In this document: positions 36,638 to 46,260 of the stretch, piece after piece
Position numbering within the stretch: the stretch's first letter is position 1
Layout: each line of letters begins with the position of its first letter
Source: Candidatus Dojkabacteria bacterium
GTDB taxonomy: Bacteria > Patescibacteriota > Dojkabacteria > SC72 > JAHDCA01
DNA length: 52,410 bases
Reading direction: 5' to 3'
Assembly (NCBI GenBank): GCA_027036675.1
Contig: JALWDW010000008.1
Location: forward strand, 1 to 52,410
Program-made: the position numbers and the translations under genes
The notes under the pieces: generated by a model
The model's database searches: none
What the model saw: the letters and a program-made list of their open reading frames with translations, nothing else
What the model was told of the DNA's origin: nothing

Positions 36638-38371
36638 ATGAAATATTCAAAACTCTTTGGGAAAACATTGCGAAGTGTAAAGAAAGATATCGTTCTTGAT
36701 TCTCACCGTCTTCTGTACCAAGGTGGCTTCATAAGGGAATTGAGCGCCGGCAGGTATGAATTTTTGCCTCTGGGTCTCAGAGTGCAACAAAAGATAATCG
36801 ACTTGATCGACAAGGAAATGGAAAAGATCGGCTCGCAACGGATGAGCATACCGATTTTGCAACCACTCAAGATATGGCAAAAGACAAATAGAGACGGGGT
36901 ATGGGGTAGTTCGCTGATGCGATTGACCGACCGCAACAATACTGAATTTGCGCTAAGCGCGACCGGAGAAGGCGTGGTGACCGAGATGGTGGCCCGTTCC
37001 AACCCGACATATAAGGATTTGCCCGTGACATTGCATCAATTTATCATGAAGTTTCGCGACGAATTGCGACCTCGCGGAGGGTTGATCAGGGTGCGCGAAT
37101 TTATCATGAAAGATGCTTATTCGTATCATACTACTGAAGAAGATTTGATGGAAACGTACGAAGATTTCCACGCTGCGTATACAAGGATCTTCGACAGATT
37201 GGACTTGCCTGACGTTTACCCGGTCATAGCGGATAGTGGTGCTCTTGGAGGAGCGTACTCGCATGAATTCCAGATGATCTCGGATGCGGGAGAGGATAAA
37301 TTTGTGAAGTGTGATACTTGCGATTATGCCGCAAATGTGGAAAAAGCCGTATTTGAGAGGGAATCAGTGAATGAGGATCAGGAACTGAAGGAATATGAGG
37401 TGGTTGAATTACCTGCTGAAGTTTGTACCATGAAGCAATTGGAAGAACATTACGGACTGCCTCCGGAAAATTACATCAAAAATGTGATGTACAAGGCGGG
37501 AGATGGTACGTTGATCATAGCGACCGTGACCGGTAATTTGGATGTAAATGAGGTTAAGTTGACCAATGCGGTCGGCAAGGGCCCTCTGGAGATGGCGGAT
37601 GATGAAGATTTGAATTCCATCGGTAGCAAACACGGATACTTGCACTCGTGGGGATATGACGAACACAAAGATCGCATCATTTATGTTGTGGATTTGTCCC
37701 TGAAGAAGGCTCGCAACCTGTATGGTGGTTACAAAACGGATACGACAGATCCGATCAATGTAAATTATCCGAGGGACTTCCAAGCGGATATAGAGGCGGA
37801 TATAGCGGAAAGTCCGGAGGGGGCAAAATGTGCTCAATGCAAAGATGGCCATTTACATATACGCAAATCTATAGAGCTGGGACATATATTCAAATACGAT
37901 CATTTTTACACCAAAGCGCATGATGCCAAGTTTGTCGATAAGGATGGGAAAAACAAATATATGTGGAGCGGTGCTTACGGTATCGGGATCGGTCGAGCGA
38001 TGGCGGCGTCAGTTGAAGCTCACCACGATGATGCCGGGATCGTATGGCCTGCAGTGATAGCGCCTTACCATGTGCATCTCGTGCAGTTGGGAGACAATGC
38101 GGAAATCACTGAGTATGCGGAGTCTTTGTATTCAAAGCTCAGGGAAGCCGGTGTGGAGGTGTTGTGGGATGACAGGACTGATGTATCGGCTGGAGTGAAA
38201 TTTGCAGATGCGGATCTGATCGGCAATCCTATACGAGTTGTTGTCTCCGCGAGGGGGATGGACAAAGGTACGGTTGAGGTTAAGAAGCGGGGTGAGCAAA
38301 AGAGCAAGGATGTGAAACTTGACCGGGCGGTAGAGGAGGTCCGGAAGATATTGGAAGAACTATTGAAATAG
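36638..38371 (+). CDS. proS: prolyl-tRNA synthetase (bacterial type)
   Basis: SHRLLYQGGFIRELSAGRYEFLPLG, FRDELRPRGGLIRVREFIMKDAYSYH (class II motif 2), C-terminal anticodon-binding domain. Confidence 0.9.
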   Translation: MKYSKLFGKTLRSVKKDIVLDSHRLLYQGGFIRELSAGRYEFLPLGLRVQQKIIDLIDKEMEKIGSQRMSIPILQPLKIWQKTNRDGVWGSSLMRLTDRNNTEFALSATGEGVVTEMVARSNPTYKDLPVTLHQFIMKFRDELRPRGGLIRVREFIMKDAYSYHTTEEDLMETYEDFHAAYTRIFDRLDLPDVYPVIADSGALGGAYSHEFQMISDAGEDKFVKCDTCDYAANVEKAVFERESVNEDQELKEYEVVELPAEVCTMKQLEEHYGLPPENYIKNVMYKAGDGTLIIATVTGNLDVNEVKLTNAVGKGPLEMADDEDLNSIGSKHGYLHSWGYDEHKDRIIYVVDLSLKKARNLYGGYKTDTTDPINVNYPRDFQADIEADIAESPEGAKCAQCKDGHLHIRKSIELGHIFKYDHFYTKAHDAKFVDKDGKNKYMWSGAYGIGIGRAMAASVEAHHDDAGIVWPAVIAPYHVHLVQLGDNAEITEYAESLYSKLREAGVEVLWDDRTDVSAGVKFADADLIGNPIRVVVSARGMDKGTVEVKKRGEQKSKDVKLDRAVEEVRKILEELLK

Positions 38372-38647
38372 CCCATTTTTTCGCAAATTACGTTACTTCG
38401 CACCCGAGTAGTCCGTGTGACCTGCAATCTTCCCAATCACCGATCGACCCTACACGGCCATGAAAAAGCTCGTAGCGTCAACTGTAGACTTGTCCCCGGC
38501 GGAACCCTGACGCGCAATAGAGTGTTTCGAAACGTAACATACTCCCGAGGGACTGCGAACGTTGCATACCGTTGGGCACCTTGCCATTTGGGGATTTAGG
38601 CAGGTTTTCTTGCATATGGTCCGATGATGATACGAACGGGCGTAATA

Positions 38648-40180
38648 TCAGTACAAAGGCGCACCGTTCATCTCTTCAGGTATATTGAGCTCGAGCAATT
38701 TCAGTATTGTGGGAGCGATATCTTTCAAAGCGCCTGTTCGCAATGTCTTGACTCTGTTTTGTGGGTCTATGACGATGAAAGGTACCGGGGCGTTGGAATG
38801 TTCCGTGTCTACTTCACCGGTGTTGATCTTGATCATCTCCTCTATATTGCCGTGGTCCGCCGTGATGATGACCGTACCTCCCGCCGCGGTAAACCTCTCT
38901 ACGAGTTTGCCGACATTATGGTCGGTAGCTTGCATCGCTTTGACACCAGCCTCAAGATTACCAGTATGTCCTACCATATCGGGAGGGGCGAAATTAACTA
39001 TATATATATCGTACATTTGCATGGTGATCCGCTCGAGTATGATATCGGTCATCTCCGGAGCACTCATCTCGGGCTTAAGGTCGTAAGTGACAACATTTGG
39101 CGACGGGACCTCTATCCGATACTCGTCCATGTACTGCACGGGCATTCCACCGTTGAAGAAATATGTGACGTGCGGGAATTTTTCCGATTCTGCTATGCGC
39201 AACTGTTTGTATCCGGCATCTGACAGCAGTTTGCCCAAAGACAGGTGAATGGTGTTTTTGGGGAACAGAACATGTTTTGGCAGATCCTTCATGTACTCCA
39301 CCATGCCAGCGAAATAGATGTTTTGCAACGGTGTTACCGGGAAATGATTGAATCCGGGCTGTGTGAGGGCGTTGGATAGCTGTATCGCTCTGTCCGCACG
39401 GTAGTTCATATGTAAAACAGCATCACCGTCCTTGATACGGGATCCTGCGGGGTCGGTGGCCAATATTATCGGTTCTATGTACTCGTCCGATCTTCCCGCC
39501 GAGTATTCGGCCTGTATGGCGTGGTTCCAATCGTTGTCGCGAGTCCCTTCACCCATACGCAAAAGTTTGTATGCCTTTTCGGTGCGTGGCCAAGTGCTAT
39601 TCCTATCCATAGCGAGGGAACGCCCTACGATTGATGCAATCTCACCGATCTGCAGGGAATTGATGGCCTTCTGCAGTTTATCAAGGTAAATATATGCTGA
39701 TTGTGGGTGTGTATCGCGTCCGTCTGTGAATGCATGTATATAGACCGGTTGCTTGAAATTGTGTGCTCGCAACACCTCCAACGTAGCTATGAAATGATCT
39801 ATATGTGAATGGACCGCTCCGTCGCTTAGGAGTCCCATGATATGCATGGCGGAATTATGCTCGATACAATACCGCATCATCTCGGCCAACGTCTGATTGT
39901 TTTTGTACGAACCGCTCGCTATCGCTTTGTTTATCCTGGGTAGGTTCTGCAAAATTACCCTGCCCCCGCCTATATTCATGTGCCCGACTTCGCTGTTGCC
40001 GTAGACGCCTTTTGGCAATCCCACATGTTCTCCCGATGCATGCAGATATGTATGCGGGTTTGCATCCCACAACCTGATCAGGTTACTCGGTTTGGATAAA
40101 CTGACGGCGTTTCCGCGATTGTCGTCGGCCACACCCGTACCGTCCAATATCAATAACATCAGCTTGTTGGCGTATTGCAT
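38648..40180 (-). CDS. gpmI: 2,3-bisphosphoglycerate-independent phosphoglycerate mutase
   Basis: LLILDGTGV, GNSEVGHMNIGGGR, ADHGN. 510 aa. Confidence 0.9.
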   Translation of the reverse strand: MQYANKLMLLILDGTGVADDNRGNAVSLSKPSNLIRLWDANPHTYLHASGEHVGLPKGVYGNSEVGHMNIGGGRVILQNLPRINKAIASGSYKNNQTLAEMMRYCIEHNSAMHIMGLLSDGAVHSHIDHFIATLEVLRAHNFKQPVYIHAFTDGRDTHPQSAYIYLDKLQKAINSLQIGEIASIVGRSLAMDRNSTWPRTEKAYKLLRMGEGTRDNDWNHAIQAEYSAGRSDEYIEPIILATDPAGSRIKDGDAVLHMNYRADRAIQLSNALTQPGFNHFPVTPLQNIYFAGMVEYMKDLPKHVLFPKNTIHLSLGKLLSDAGYKQLRIAESEKFPHVTYFFNGGMPVQYMDEYRIEVPSPNVVTYDLKPEMSAPEMTDIILERITMQMYDIYIVNFAPPDMVGHTGNLEAGVKAMQATDHNVGKLVERFTAAGGTVIITADHGNIEEMIKINTGEVDTEHSNAPVPFIVIDPQNRVKTLRTGALKDIAPTILKLLELNIPEEMNGAPLY

Positions 40181-40294
40181 ATAGGATAAATGAGATTTTT
40201 TATTATTGACATCATTCTAGCATAATACTGGAAAAACTGGTAAAAGTGTTTTATAATGCGTCGAGTTTGAGTTAAATTTTTGCATTTTCTCGCA

Positions 40295-40858
40295 ATGAAT
40301 ACACAGTTAAAAAAGAAAGTGGAATCAAAATTTGTCAAAGCAAGACCGGATATACGGGTAGGTGATGTCGTGAGGCTGCATATAAGGATCTCTGAAGGTG
40401 ATAAGTCAAGGATTCAGTATTTTGAGGGGATTGTGATCAGTCTTAAAGGCGCCGGATTGAACAAAATGATTACTGTGAGGAAGATCTCCAACGGTATAGG
40501 TGTTGAGCGTATAGTTCCTCTGCATGCACCAAACCTTGAGGATGTCGATATTTTGAAACGAGGTAAGGTGCGTCGTTCCAAGCTTTACTATATCCGCGAC
40601 AGAGTCGGGAAGGCTGCCACAAGGATCAAGAATCTCAAAGAATTTGTCGCCCCGCGGGAAACCGACGAGGATGTTGAGGATAACAGTTCGACAGTTGTAC
40701 AGGAAGAACAGGGCGAATCCGCCGAACCGGTTACAGATACGCAAACCGAAGCTAAGGACGACAAAGGTGCCGCCGATGATACGGCTAAATCCGCCGAGGT
40801 TGAGGGCTCAAAAGAGGGTGACGCATCATCTGACACGGAAGACGACAAAAAAGAATAA
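40295..40858 (+). CDS. rplS: 50S ribosomal protein L19 with acidic C-terminal extension
   Basis: VGDVVRLHIRISEGDKSRIQYFEGIVIS...RKISNGIGVERIVPLHAP...RRSKLYYIRDRVGKAA core, plus an Asp/Glu-rich tail of about 70 aa. Confidence 0.85.
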   Translation: MNTQLKKKVESKFVKARPDIRVGDVVRLHIRISEGDKSRIQYFEGIVISLKGAGLNKMITVRKISNGIGVERIVPLHAPNLEDVDILKRGKVRRSKLYYIRDRVGKAATRIKNLKEFVAPRETDEDVEDNSSTVVQEEQGESAEPVTDTQTEAKDDKGAADDTAKSAEVEGSKEGDASSDTEDDKKE

Positions 40859-40868
40859 TTGGTTACTT

Positions 40869-40941
40869 GCGGGACTAGTATAAAGGATTATTATGTCTCC
40901 CTTCCAAGGAGAAGATACGGGTTCGATTCCCGTGTCCCGCT
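40869..40941 (+). tRNA. tRNA-Gly(UCC)
   Basis: Acceptor GCGGGAC/GTCCCGC, anticodon stem TCTCC/GGAGA with loop CTTCCAA, T arm ACGGG-TTCGATT-CCCGT. AT-rich, weakly paired D arm. 73 nt. Confidence 0.75.
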
Positions 40942-40961
40942 TTTGGATTACGGTTGTCGCC

Positions 40962-41543
40962 ATGAAAAATGCAATCTTGGTACATGGTACATGTGATGAA
41001 GATGAGTATTTCGATGAACAGTATCCGTCAATGTCAAATAGTCACTGGTTTCCATGGCTACAGAAACAACTTTTAGTGAGGCGCATACACACTAGCACTC
41101 CTGAAATGCCGGATGCCTACGCGCCAGACTATGCTAAATGGAAAAAAGAGTTTGAGCGATACGATATAACCGAAAGTACAATACTTGCTGGACATAGCTG
41201 TGGGGGCGGGTTTCTCGTACGTTGGTTATCGGAAAACCCTGTAAGCGTTAGGCAAGTTGTGTTGGTTGCTCCATGGTTGGACCCGTTTCGGCTGAAGACA
41301 ACGGATTTCTTTGAGTTTACAATAGATAAGGAGCTGTTGAGCCGTGCAGATAAGCTTGTTGTTTACGTTTCGGACGATGATGATAAAGATATATTGAAAT
41401 CAGTTGAAATTATACAAAGTCAACTGGGCAGGATTATGACAAAACACTTCACTGGTATGGGGCATTTCACTGAGGAGGCGATGGGGAAATCAGACTTTCC
41501 AGAGTTGTTGCATGAAATTGTGGGGAAAGTTGGAAAAAACTGA
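40962..41543 (+). CDS. alpha/beta serine hydrolase (YdeN/RBBP9-like)
   Basis: ILVHG..., HWFPWL, nucleophile elbow LAGHSCGG. Start moved to ATG 40962 to clear tRNA-Gly. Confidence 0.6.
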   Translation: MKNAILVHGTCDEDEYFDEQYPSMSNSHWFPWLQKQLLVRRIHTSTPEMPDAYAPDYAKWKKEFERYDITESTILAGHSCGGGFLVRWLSENPVSVRQVVLVAPWLDPFRLKTTDFFEFTIDKELLSRADKLVVYVSDDDDKDILKSVEIIQSQLGRIMTKHFTGMGHFTEEAMGKSDFPELLHEIVGKVGKN

Positions 41544-41574
41544 AAGGACTTTACAAAAAGTGCGAAAACCCTAC

Positions 41575-42410
41575 ATGCATGTGATAGAGGTGTTGAGCGA
41601 CTATTCGTCGCAAGTCTTTGTCGTCGGTCAAACGAGAAAAAATATGTCTTGAAACGTTGTACCCAGAGGAAGTTGTCACAGAAAAACTATTTTACAAAGA
41701 GTTATCAAAAGCCGGTATACCTACACTCACTGTCGTTGAGCGTGGAAACTTGAGAGACGATGAGATCTTGCCTGAGTACGTTACAGGTTCCAAACGTTGT
41801 CCGACAACCTCACGATAGAAAACTGCAAGCAATGGGGTGCGCTCACAAAACAGATGCATGAGATAAAATACCCCGGATGTTTCAGATACGGTGAACACGC
41901 ACATGAAATAGAGCTGGATTGGCCGTCGTACATATCAGGAAAAGTCTATCGCGCAATACAAAGGGCGGAAAGCAATAACAACTATGGCATTTCCGAAAAT
42001 GAAACGCAAGCGATAGAAAAGTACCTCAAGGCATCTTTACCCGTACGCATAAACGAGTACTTTCTCATACATGGTGATTATCATACCAGCAACGTGCTTA
42101 TGAAAGACGGAAACCTGTCCCATTTAATAAAAACCCTGATGTATTTGCGGGAGACCGTTTGTTGTATTTAGCTATTGCGATGATAGATATACCAAATGAT
42201 ACGCTAATATGTACGGATGAAGAAAAACATAAAGACGACAAGCTTTGCTTGGAGGTTTTTCTGGAAGGGTATGGATATAATTTTCTCAGTGAGTCAAACC
42301 TACAGTTTTATATTCTATTGATAGCTTATGGGCGTTTACATACCCTGTTCGCCAAGAACTATAAAAAAGTTATTCGTACAATTTTGCAGTGGAAGTTGGG
42401 AAACCCGTAA
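41575..42410 (+). pseudogene. frameshifted aminoglycoside/choline-kinase-like phosphotransferase (APH family)
   Basis: Four consecutive reading segments in frames 1, 2, 1, 0. LIHGDYHTSNVLMKDGNL (HGDxxxxN catalytic loop) and, in the next frame, NPDVFAGDRLLYLAIAM (the GD...DLA region). Confidence 0.6.
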
Positions 42411-42532
42411 GCCAGCAATTGTTAGACAAAAAAGTATGAACTATGTGCGGCCCCAACACACCCGCCTCTATGGCATCCTCGGTCGTCGCGTGTTATACTG
42501 CTGTACGGCCTAAAATAAAAACAATCATCCCA

Positions 42533-43126
42533 ATGCAAGAGTATATAAAATATATCGTGGTATTTGTAATTTCCTTTGTGATCGTGTTTGCCGTCCTTTA
42601 CAAATTTAGCGGGACGAAGGATGTTGCAAACAAACCGGTAGAGGAGAAGACTGATAAGCAGAGTACATCCGTTCAAGAAAATGTCGCCGAAACGACGCAA
42701 ACTGCGCAAGATACGACCTCCAAGCCCGACGCGGGAGTCGATCAAGTATCACAGCCCGCGGAGCAGGGACAAGTCGGCGATTTCCCGGAGCTGAAGATAG
42801 AAACCTTGCGAGAAGGTGAAGGTGAAGGAGCTGCCAACGGTGATACTGTCACCGTTCATTATGTCGGGACTCTGCGAGACGGTACGAAATTTGACTCGTC
42901 ATACGACAGGGGAACTCCGTTCAGTTTCGTCCTGGGACAAGGAAAGGTGATCGCAGGTTGGGAACAAGGCATACTCGGCATGAAAAAGAACGAGAAAAGA
43001 AGATTGGAAATACCCTCAAGCATGGGATATGGTGAATACGGAGCGGGCGGAGTGATCCCACCAAATGCCGGGTTGATCTTTGAGGTTGAATTGTTGGACA
43101 TCGCTCATCCAGCACCGGCTGAATAG
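42533..43126 (+). CDS. membrane-anchored FKBP-type peptidyl-prolyl isomerase
   Basis: N-terminal [47 protein letters not shown]...[10 protein letters not shown]. Confidence 0.85.
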   Translation: MQEYIKYIVVFVISFVIVFAVLYKFSGTKDVANKPVEEKTDKQSTSVQENVAETTQTAQDTTSKPDAGVDQVSQPAEQGQVGDFPELKIETLREGEGEGAANGDTVTVHYVGTLRDGTKFDSSYDRGTPFSFVLGQGKVIAGWEQGILGMKKNEKRRLEIPSSMGYGEYGAGGVIPPNAGLIFEVELLDIAHPAPAE

Positions 43127-43181
43127 TTTACCCATCAGTCCGATATAGTGTTCCCAATGCTGGTAGAGATGACTCTATGTA

Positions 43182-43190
43182 TGGTATAAT
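43182..43190 (+). promoter_or_regulatory. extended -10 TGGTATAAT immediately upstream of ATG 43199
   Basis: TATAAT ends 8 nt before the start codon, the same leaderless-type geometry as proS. Confidence 0.4.
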
Positions 43191-43198
43191 AGGGAACT

Positions 43199-44335
43199 AT
43201 GCAGGAAATCACGTTGAAAAAGAAGTCGAAACCCACCGACGATAGGAAAGGGCAACCGAACCGAAACGACGACGTACCTTCCGGCGGTATGAAAAATTCG
43301 ACCAACGATGATCCATCTTCGATAACTACTATATCGACGGCAGACCCGGTCCCGTCACATACCGCGACTGCTTCGACAGGATTTCAAGATACGGCCGGTA
43401 CCCAATCCGCTTCGAAATCAGTACACGGTGATGGGAATATAGGCTCTGAGATACATACGCAACCTTTGGAACCGGTCGGCACGGACGACGGGTTTATTAC
43501 ACATTCCAAGCCGGTGGTACGCGCATCCGGTGCGCACGGTGTAGGTTCAGCACAAAGGTCGGGGAGCGGTGATATGTATAACACTTTTTCGCAAAGTTCG
43601 TTTGGTTCAAGTGGATCCGATGCGGGCGACGGCGGGGATACACCCGCGCGTGACGGTTATTTTGGCTCAAACGGTTATTGGGGTGCAAACGATTACCCTG
43701 CAGCCGATGACCCTTTTGAGACGAATCGGAGAAGGCATCTCACACCGAGGGAAAGAGTCAAAGTGACGGAACGGCTTTATATGGAAGTCTTGGGAAGAAA
43801 ACCGAGTTCACGCGATATCGGATATTACAAATACAGCAATCTGACCGAGGATGAAATACGTACCGAATTATTGGAGGGAAGTGAGCATAGAAAACTGATC
43901 GAAGACGGGCGTAAATACAAAGACATCGAGAAACGGGCTGAAGCCGCGGAAACTCGGATCAAGATGTTGGAATCTAAATTATCCGACCACAGCGCAGAAT
44001 ACGAAGCGTTGACGGAGATACTCGAGGCAAAAAACAAGGAAATCACCATAATGCGAGAGAAATTGCAAAGCCCGTTCATACAAGGACAACCACAACCTAC
44101 GGACGGGACGCACCAATACACTCTCACTCGAGATCAGCGCGGTACCGCCGACACACGTAAAAAGGTTGCGCAGACGACAAAGCCCCAAAGCGGTTTCCGT
44201 ACACCCGACCAACAAAGCAAACCTCAAGAGAAATCTCTCAGCAGCGAACCGGTCAAGGAGTATGCGCGAAAAAATCCGGTAAGCTTCTGGAAAGCCGTAT
44301 CGTTGCTGGTCAAAGATCTTTTGTCGCATGAATGA
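43199..44335 (+). CDS. hypothetical protein: disordered N-terminus, DUF4214-like segment, coiled coil
   Basis: RLYMEVLGRKPSSRDIGYYKYSNLTEDEIRTELLEGSEH resembles DUF4214. Heptad-rich region KRAEAAETRIKMLESKL... Confidence 0.5.
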   Translation: MQEITLKKKSKPTDDRKGQPNRNDDVPSGGMKNSTNDDPSSITTISTADPVPSHTATASTGFQDTAGTQSASKSVHGDGNIGSEIHTQPLEPVGTDDGFITHSKPVVRASGAHGVGSAQRSGSGDMYNTFSQSSFGSSGSDAGDGGDTPARDGYFGSNGYWGANDYPAADDPFETNRRRHLTPRERVKVTERLYMEVLGRKPSSRDIGYYKYSNLTEDEIRTELLEGSEHRKLIEDGRKYKDIEKRAEAAETRIKMLESKLSDHSAEYEALTEILEAKNKEITIMREKLQSPFIQGQPQPTDGTHQYTLTRDQRGTADTRKKVAQTTKPQSGFRTPDQQSKPQEKSLSSEPVKEYARKNPVSFWKAVSLLVKDLLSHE

Positions 44336-44666
44336 TATGGAAATTTCAATAGGTTCGAAAATACGTAAGGAACGCGAACGGCAGGGTATGTCGCAACGGC
44401 GTCTGGGCATGGTGCTCGGCCTTTCAGACAAAGCGGTGAGTTCGTATGAGAGTGATCGGACCGTCCCATCCTTGGACACACTTATGAAAATTGCAAATGA
44501 GCTTGGCAAACCGATCAACTACTTCTTATCCGATTATGTGGATGATATTGACTTGGTTGATCATATGGATTTGTTGCAAAAAAAAGTTGACGCTTTGGTG
44601 GCGGAATTAGCGGAATTGAAGGAAGCCATCTTGCGAAAAAACTCCACCGCCAACGACAATGGATGA
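44328..44666 (+). CDS. XRE-family HTH transcriptional regulator
   Basis: IGSKIRKERERQGMSQRRLGMVLGLSDKAVSSYESDRTVPSLDTLMKIANELGKPINYFL. Its start overlaps the upstream stop by 8 nt. Confidence 0.75.
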   Translation: MNDMEISIGSKIRKERERQGMSQRRLGMVLGLSDKAVSSYESDRTVPSLDTLMKIANELGKPINYFLSDYVDDIDLVDHMDLLQKKVDALVAELAELKEAILRKNSTANDNG

Positions 44667-44675
44667 GTGTCAGAT

Positions 44676-45488
44676 TTAATTCTCCCGTTGGATATTGAGT
44701 TGATCTTGCATATCACGGTTGGCATTCGTACGTGAAAACGACAGCGAAGTTTGGTAATCACCGATCTTGTTGTGTATGGACTCGACGGTAGTCTTGTCCT
44801 CGGCATCGATGGCTTTGTACAGGTTTTTTATATTTTCCCAAGTATCGATAGTGTCTCGCAAGTATTTGATTTGAATATCATCATCAAACAAATTTGACTG
44901 CCTCCTATTGGAGGCCAGCCACTGCTCGAACTCACGATTGACTGTATCGCAATCATTTATCCGAGACACTATGGTCGCATTGTCACCCTGTATCGAATTT
45001 TCATAGCAGTTCACCATATTATTGTCCTTGATGACGTAAGTATAATATATCTGCATAGCACGGACGGTTTGTTGCAATTGTTTGACATTTTGCAAGCTTG
45101 ATCGGTCGGCGATCAGCAAGGAACTTACTTGTTGTTGAGTCTTGTTGTCCAATGCTTGTTGACCTATTTCTTCGTCCAAAGCAATCAATTGCTTCAATGC
45201 CTCTTCCTCGTCCTGTAGGCTTTCGGATGCAGACTGTAGTCCGGCGAGTATTTTATCGGGGTCGGATTGGTCTGTGATTGCCGTCATAGAAACAGTGATA
45301 CTTTGATCTAATTTGTCTACCTTATCCACATAGGATTTCCTTCGATCAAGTTGGGCGTCAATATTCTCCCGTCTAGTCGCCAATTGGGGAGGTTCGATAT
45401 CGCGTAATAAAAATACCGTCGCCAAAAAAGCGGTACCTATGAAGAACACTATCACCACATAGATTGCCAACAGTACTTTGTGTCGCAT
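44676..45488 (-). CDS. N-terminally anchored coiled-coil protein, hypothetical
   Basis: One N-terminal TM followed by a Gln/Asp/Leu-rich helical region. Last gene of the minus-strand cluster. Confidence 0.5.
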   Translation of the reverse strand: MRHKVLLAIYVVIVFFIGTAFLATVFLLRDIEPPQLATRRENIDAQLDRRKSYVDKVDKLDQSITVSMTAITDQSDPDKILAGLQSASESLQDEEEALKQLIALDEEIGQQALDNKTQQQVSSLLIADRSSLQNVKQLQQTVRAMQIYYTYVIKDNNMVNCYENSIQGDNATIVSRINDCDTVNREFEQWLASNRRQSNLFDDDIQIKYLRDTIDTWENIKNLYKAIDAEDKTTVESIHNKIGDYQTSLSFSRTNANRDMQDQLNIQREN

Positions 45489-45489
45489 T

Positions 45490-46167
45490 TTATACGTTTG
45501 GCGGAGCCATAAACGCCTTCAATTTACGTAACCCGATTTTACCTGCGATCAGCAGCGCGAACATCGCCAATATACCCGCTACAGCGAGGATTGCGTACTT
45601 GATCGCCAAATTTTGCCCGTACTTCGGAGTGCGCGGTACAAGCAAAAGGTTATTGTCGAAGGTGAACGCGTAGTTTTTTGAAGATGTGTAATTGGTAGAG
45701 GTTGTCCACTCAATGGCTTCAAATGCGATATTGAAAGTACCGGCTTCAGCGGGTTTGATTTTGATGGTGTACGTCCTGGATTCACCCTGTGCCAGTGGTA
45801 GATCGCCACGCGGTTTGACATTGCCGGAAATCTGTTTCGGCGCATCCACGTTGATTCGCAGGGCTTTGATCGGGTGATCCTTGGCGGTAACCGTCATATA
45901 GATTGTCACGTATTTTGTCCAAGGGGATTGCTCTCCCAAAGCCAATTTGACATCAAGAGAATCCTCGTTGCGTTTGGTTTCGGCGTTTGCCGTCTGTTTT
46001 GTTGCCGTCGTAGGTGTGTCTTTGGATTTGTCTTCAACAGTTCGCAAAGATTGTGCATGTACTATTGTGTGATGGCGCCATGGGGACGGTACAGCCACAA
46101 ACATCAACGACAATAGCAGGATTAGTATTGTATATAAGGTCGGTTTGAAGTTTTTTGCAATATGCAT
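45490..46167 (-). CDS. secreted beta-rich protein with C-terminal TM anchor, hypothetical
   Basis: Signal peptide, an Ig-like-sized beta domain, C-terminal hydrophobic helix followed by basic residues. 1-nt gap to the downstream gene. Confidence 0.5.
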   Translation of the reverse strand: MHIAKNFKPTLYTILILLLSLMFVAVPSPWRHHTIVHAQSLRTVEDKSKDTPTTATKQTANAETKRNEDSLDVKLALGEQSPWTKYVTIYMTVTAKDHPIKALRINVDAPKQISGNVKPRGDLPLAQGESRTYTIKIKPAEAGTFNIAFEAIEWTTSTNYTSSKNYAFTFDNNLLLVPRTPKYGQNLAIKYAILAVAGILAMFALLIAGKIGLRKLKAFMAPPNV

Positions 46168-46260
46168 GATGACTGATTTCGTTAGATATAAATTCAGGTT
46201 ATTTTATCATGTTTTGATACGGCGGATGCAACCGAAGTTGGAATTTGTGTGGAAGAAGTC

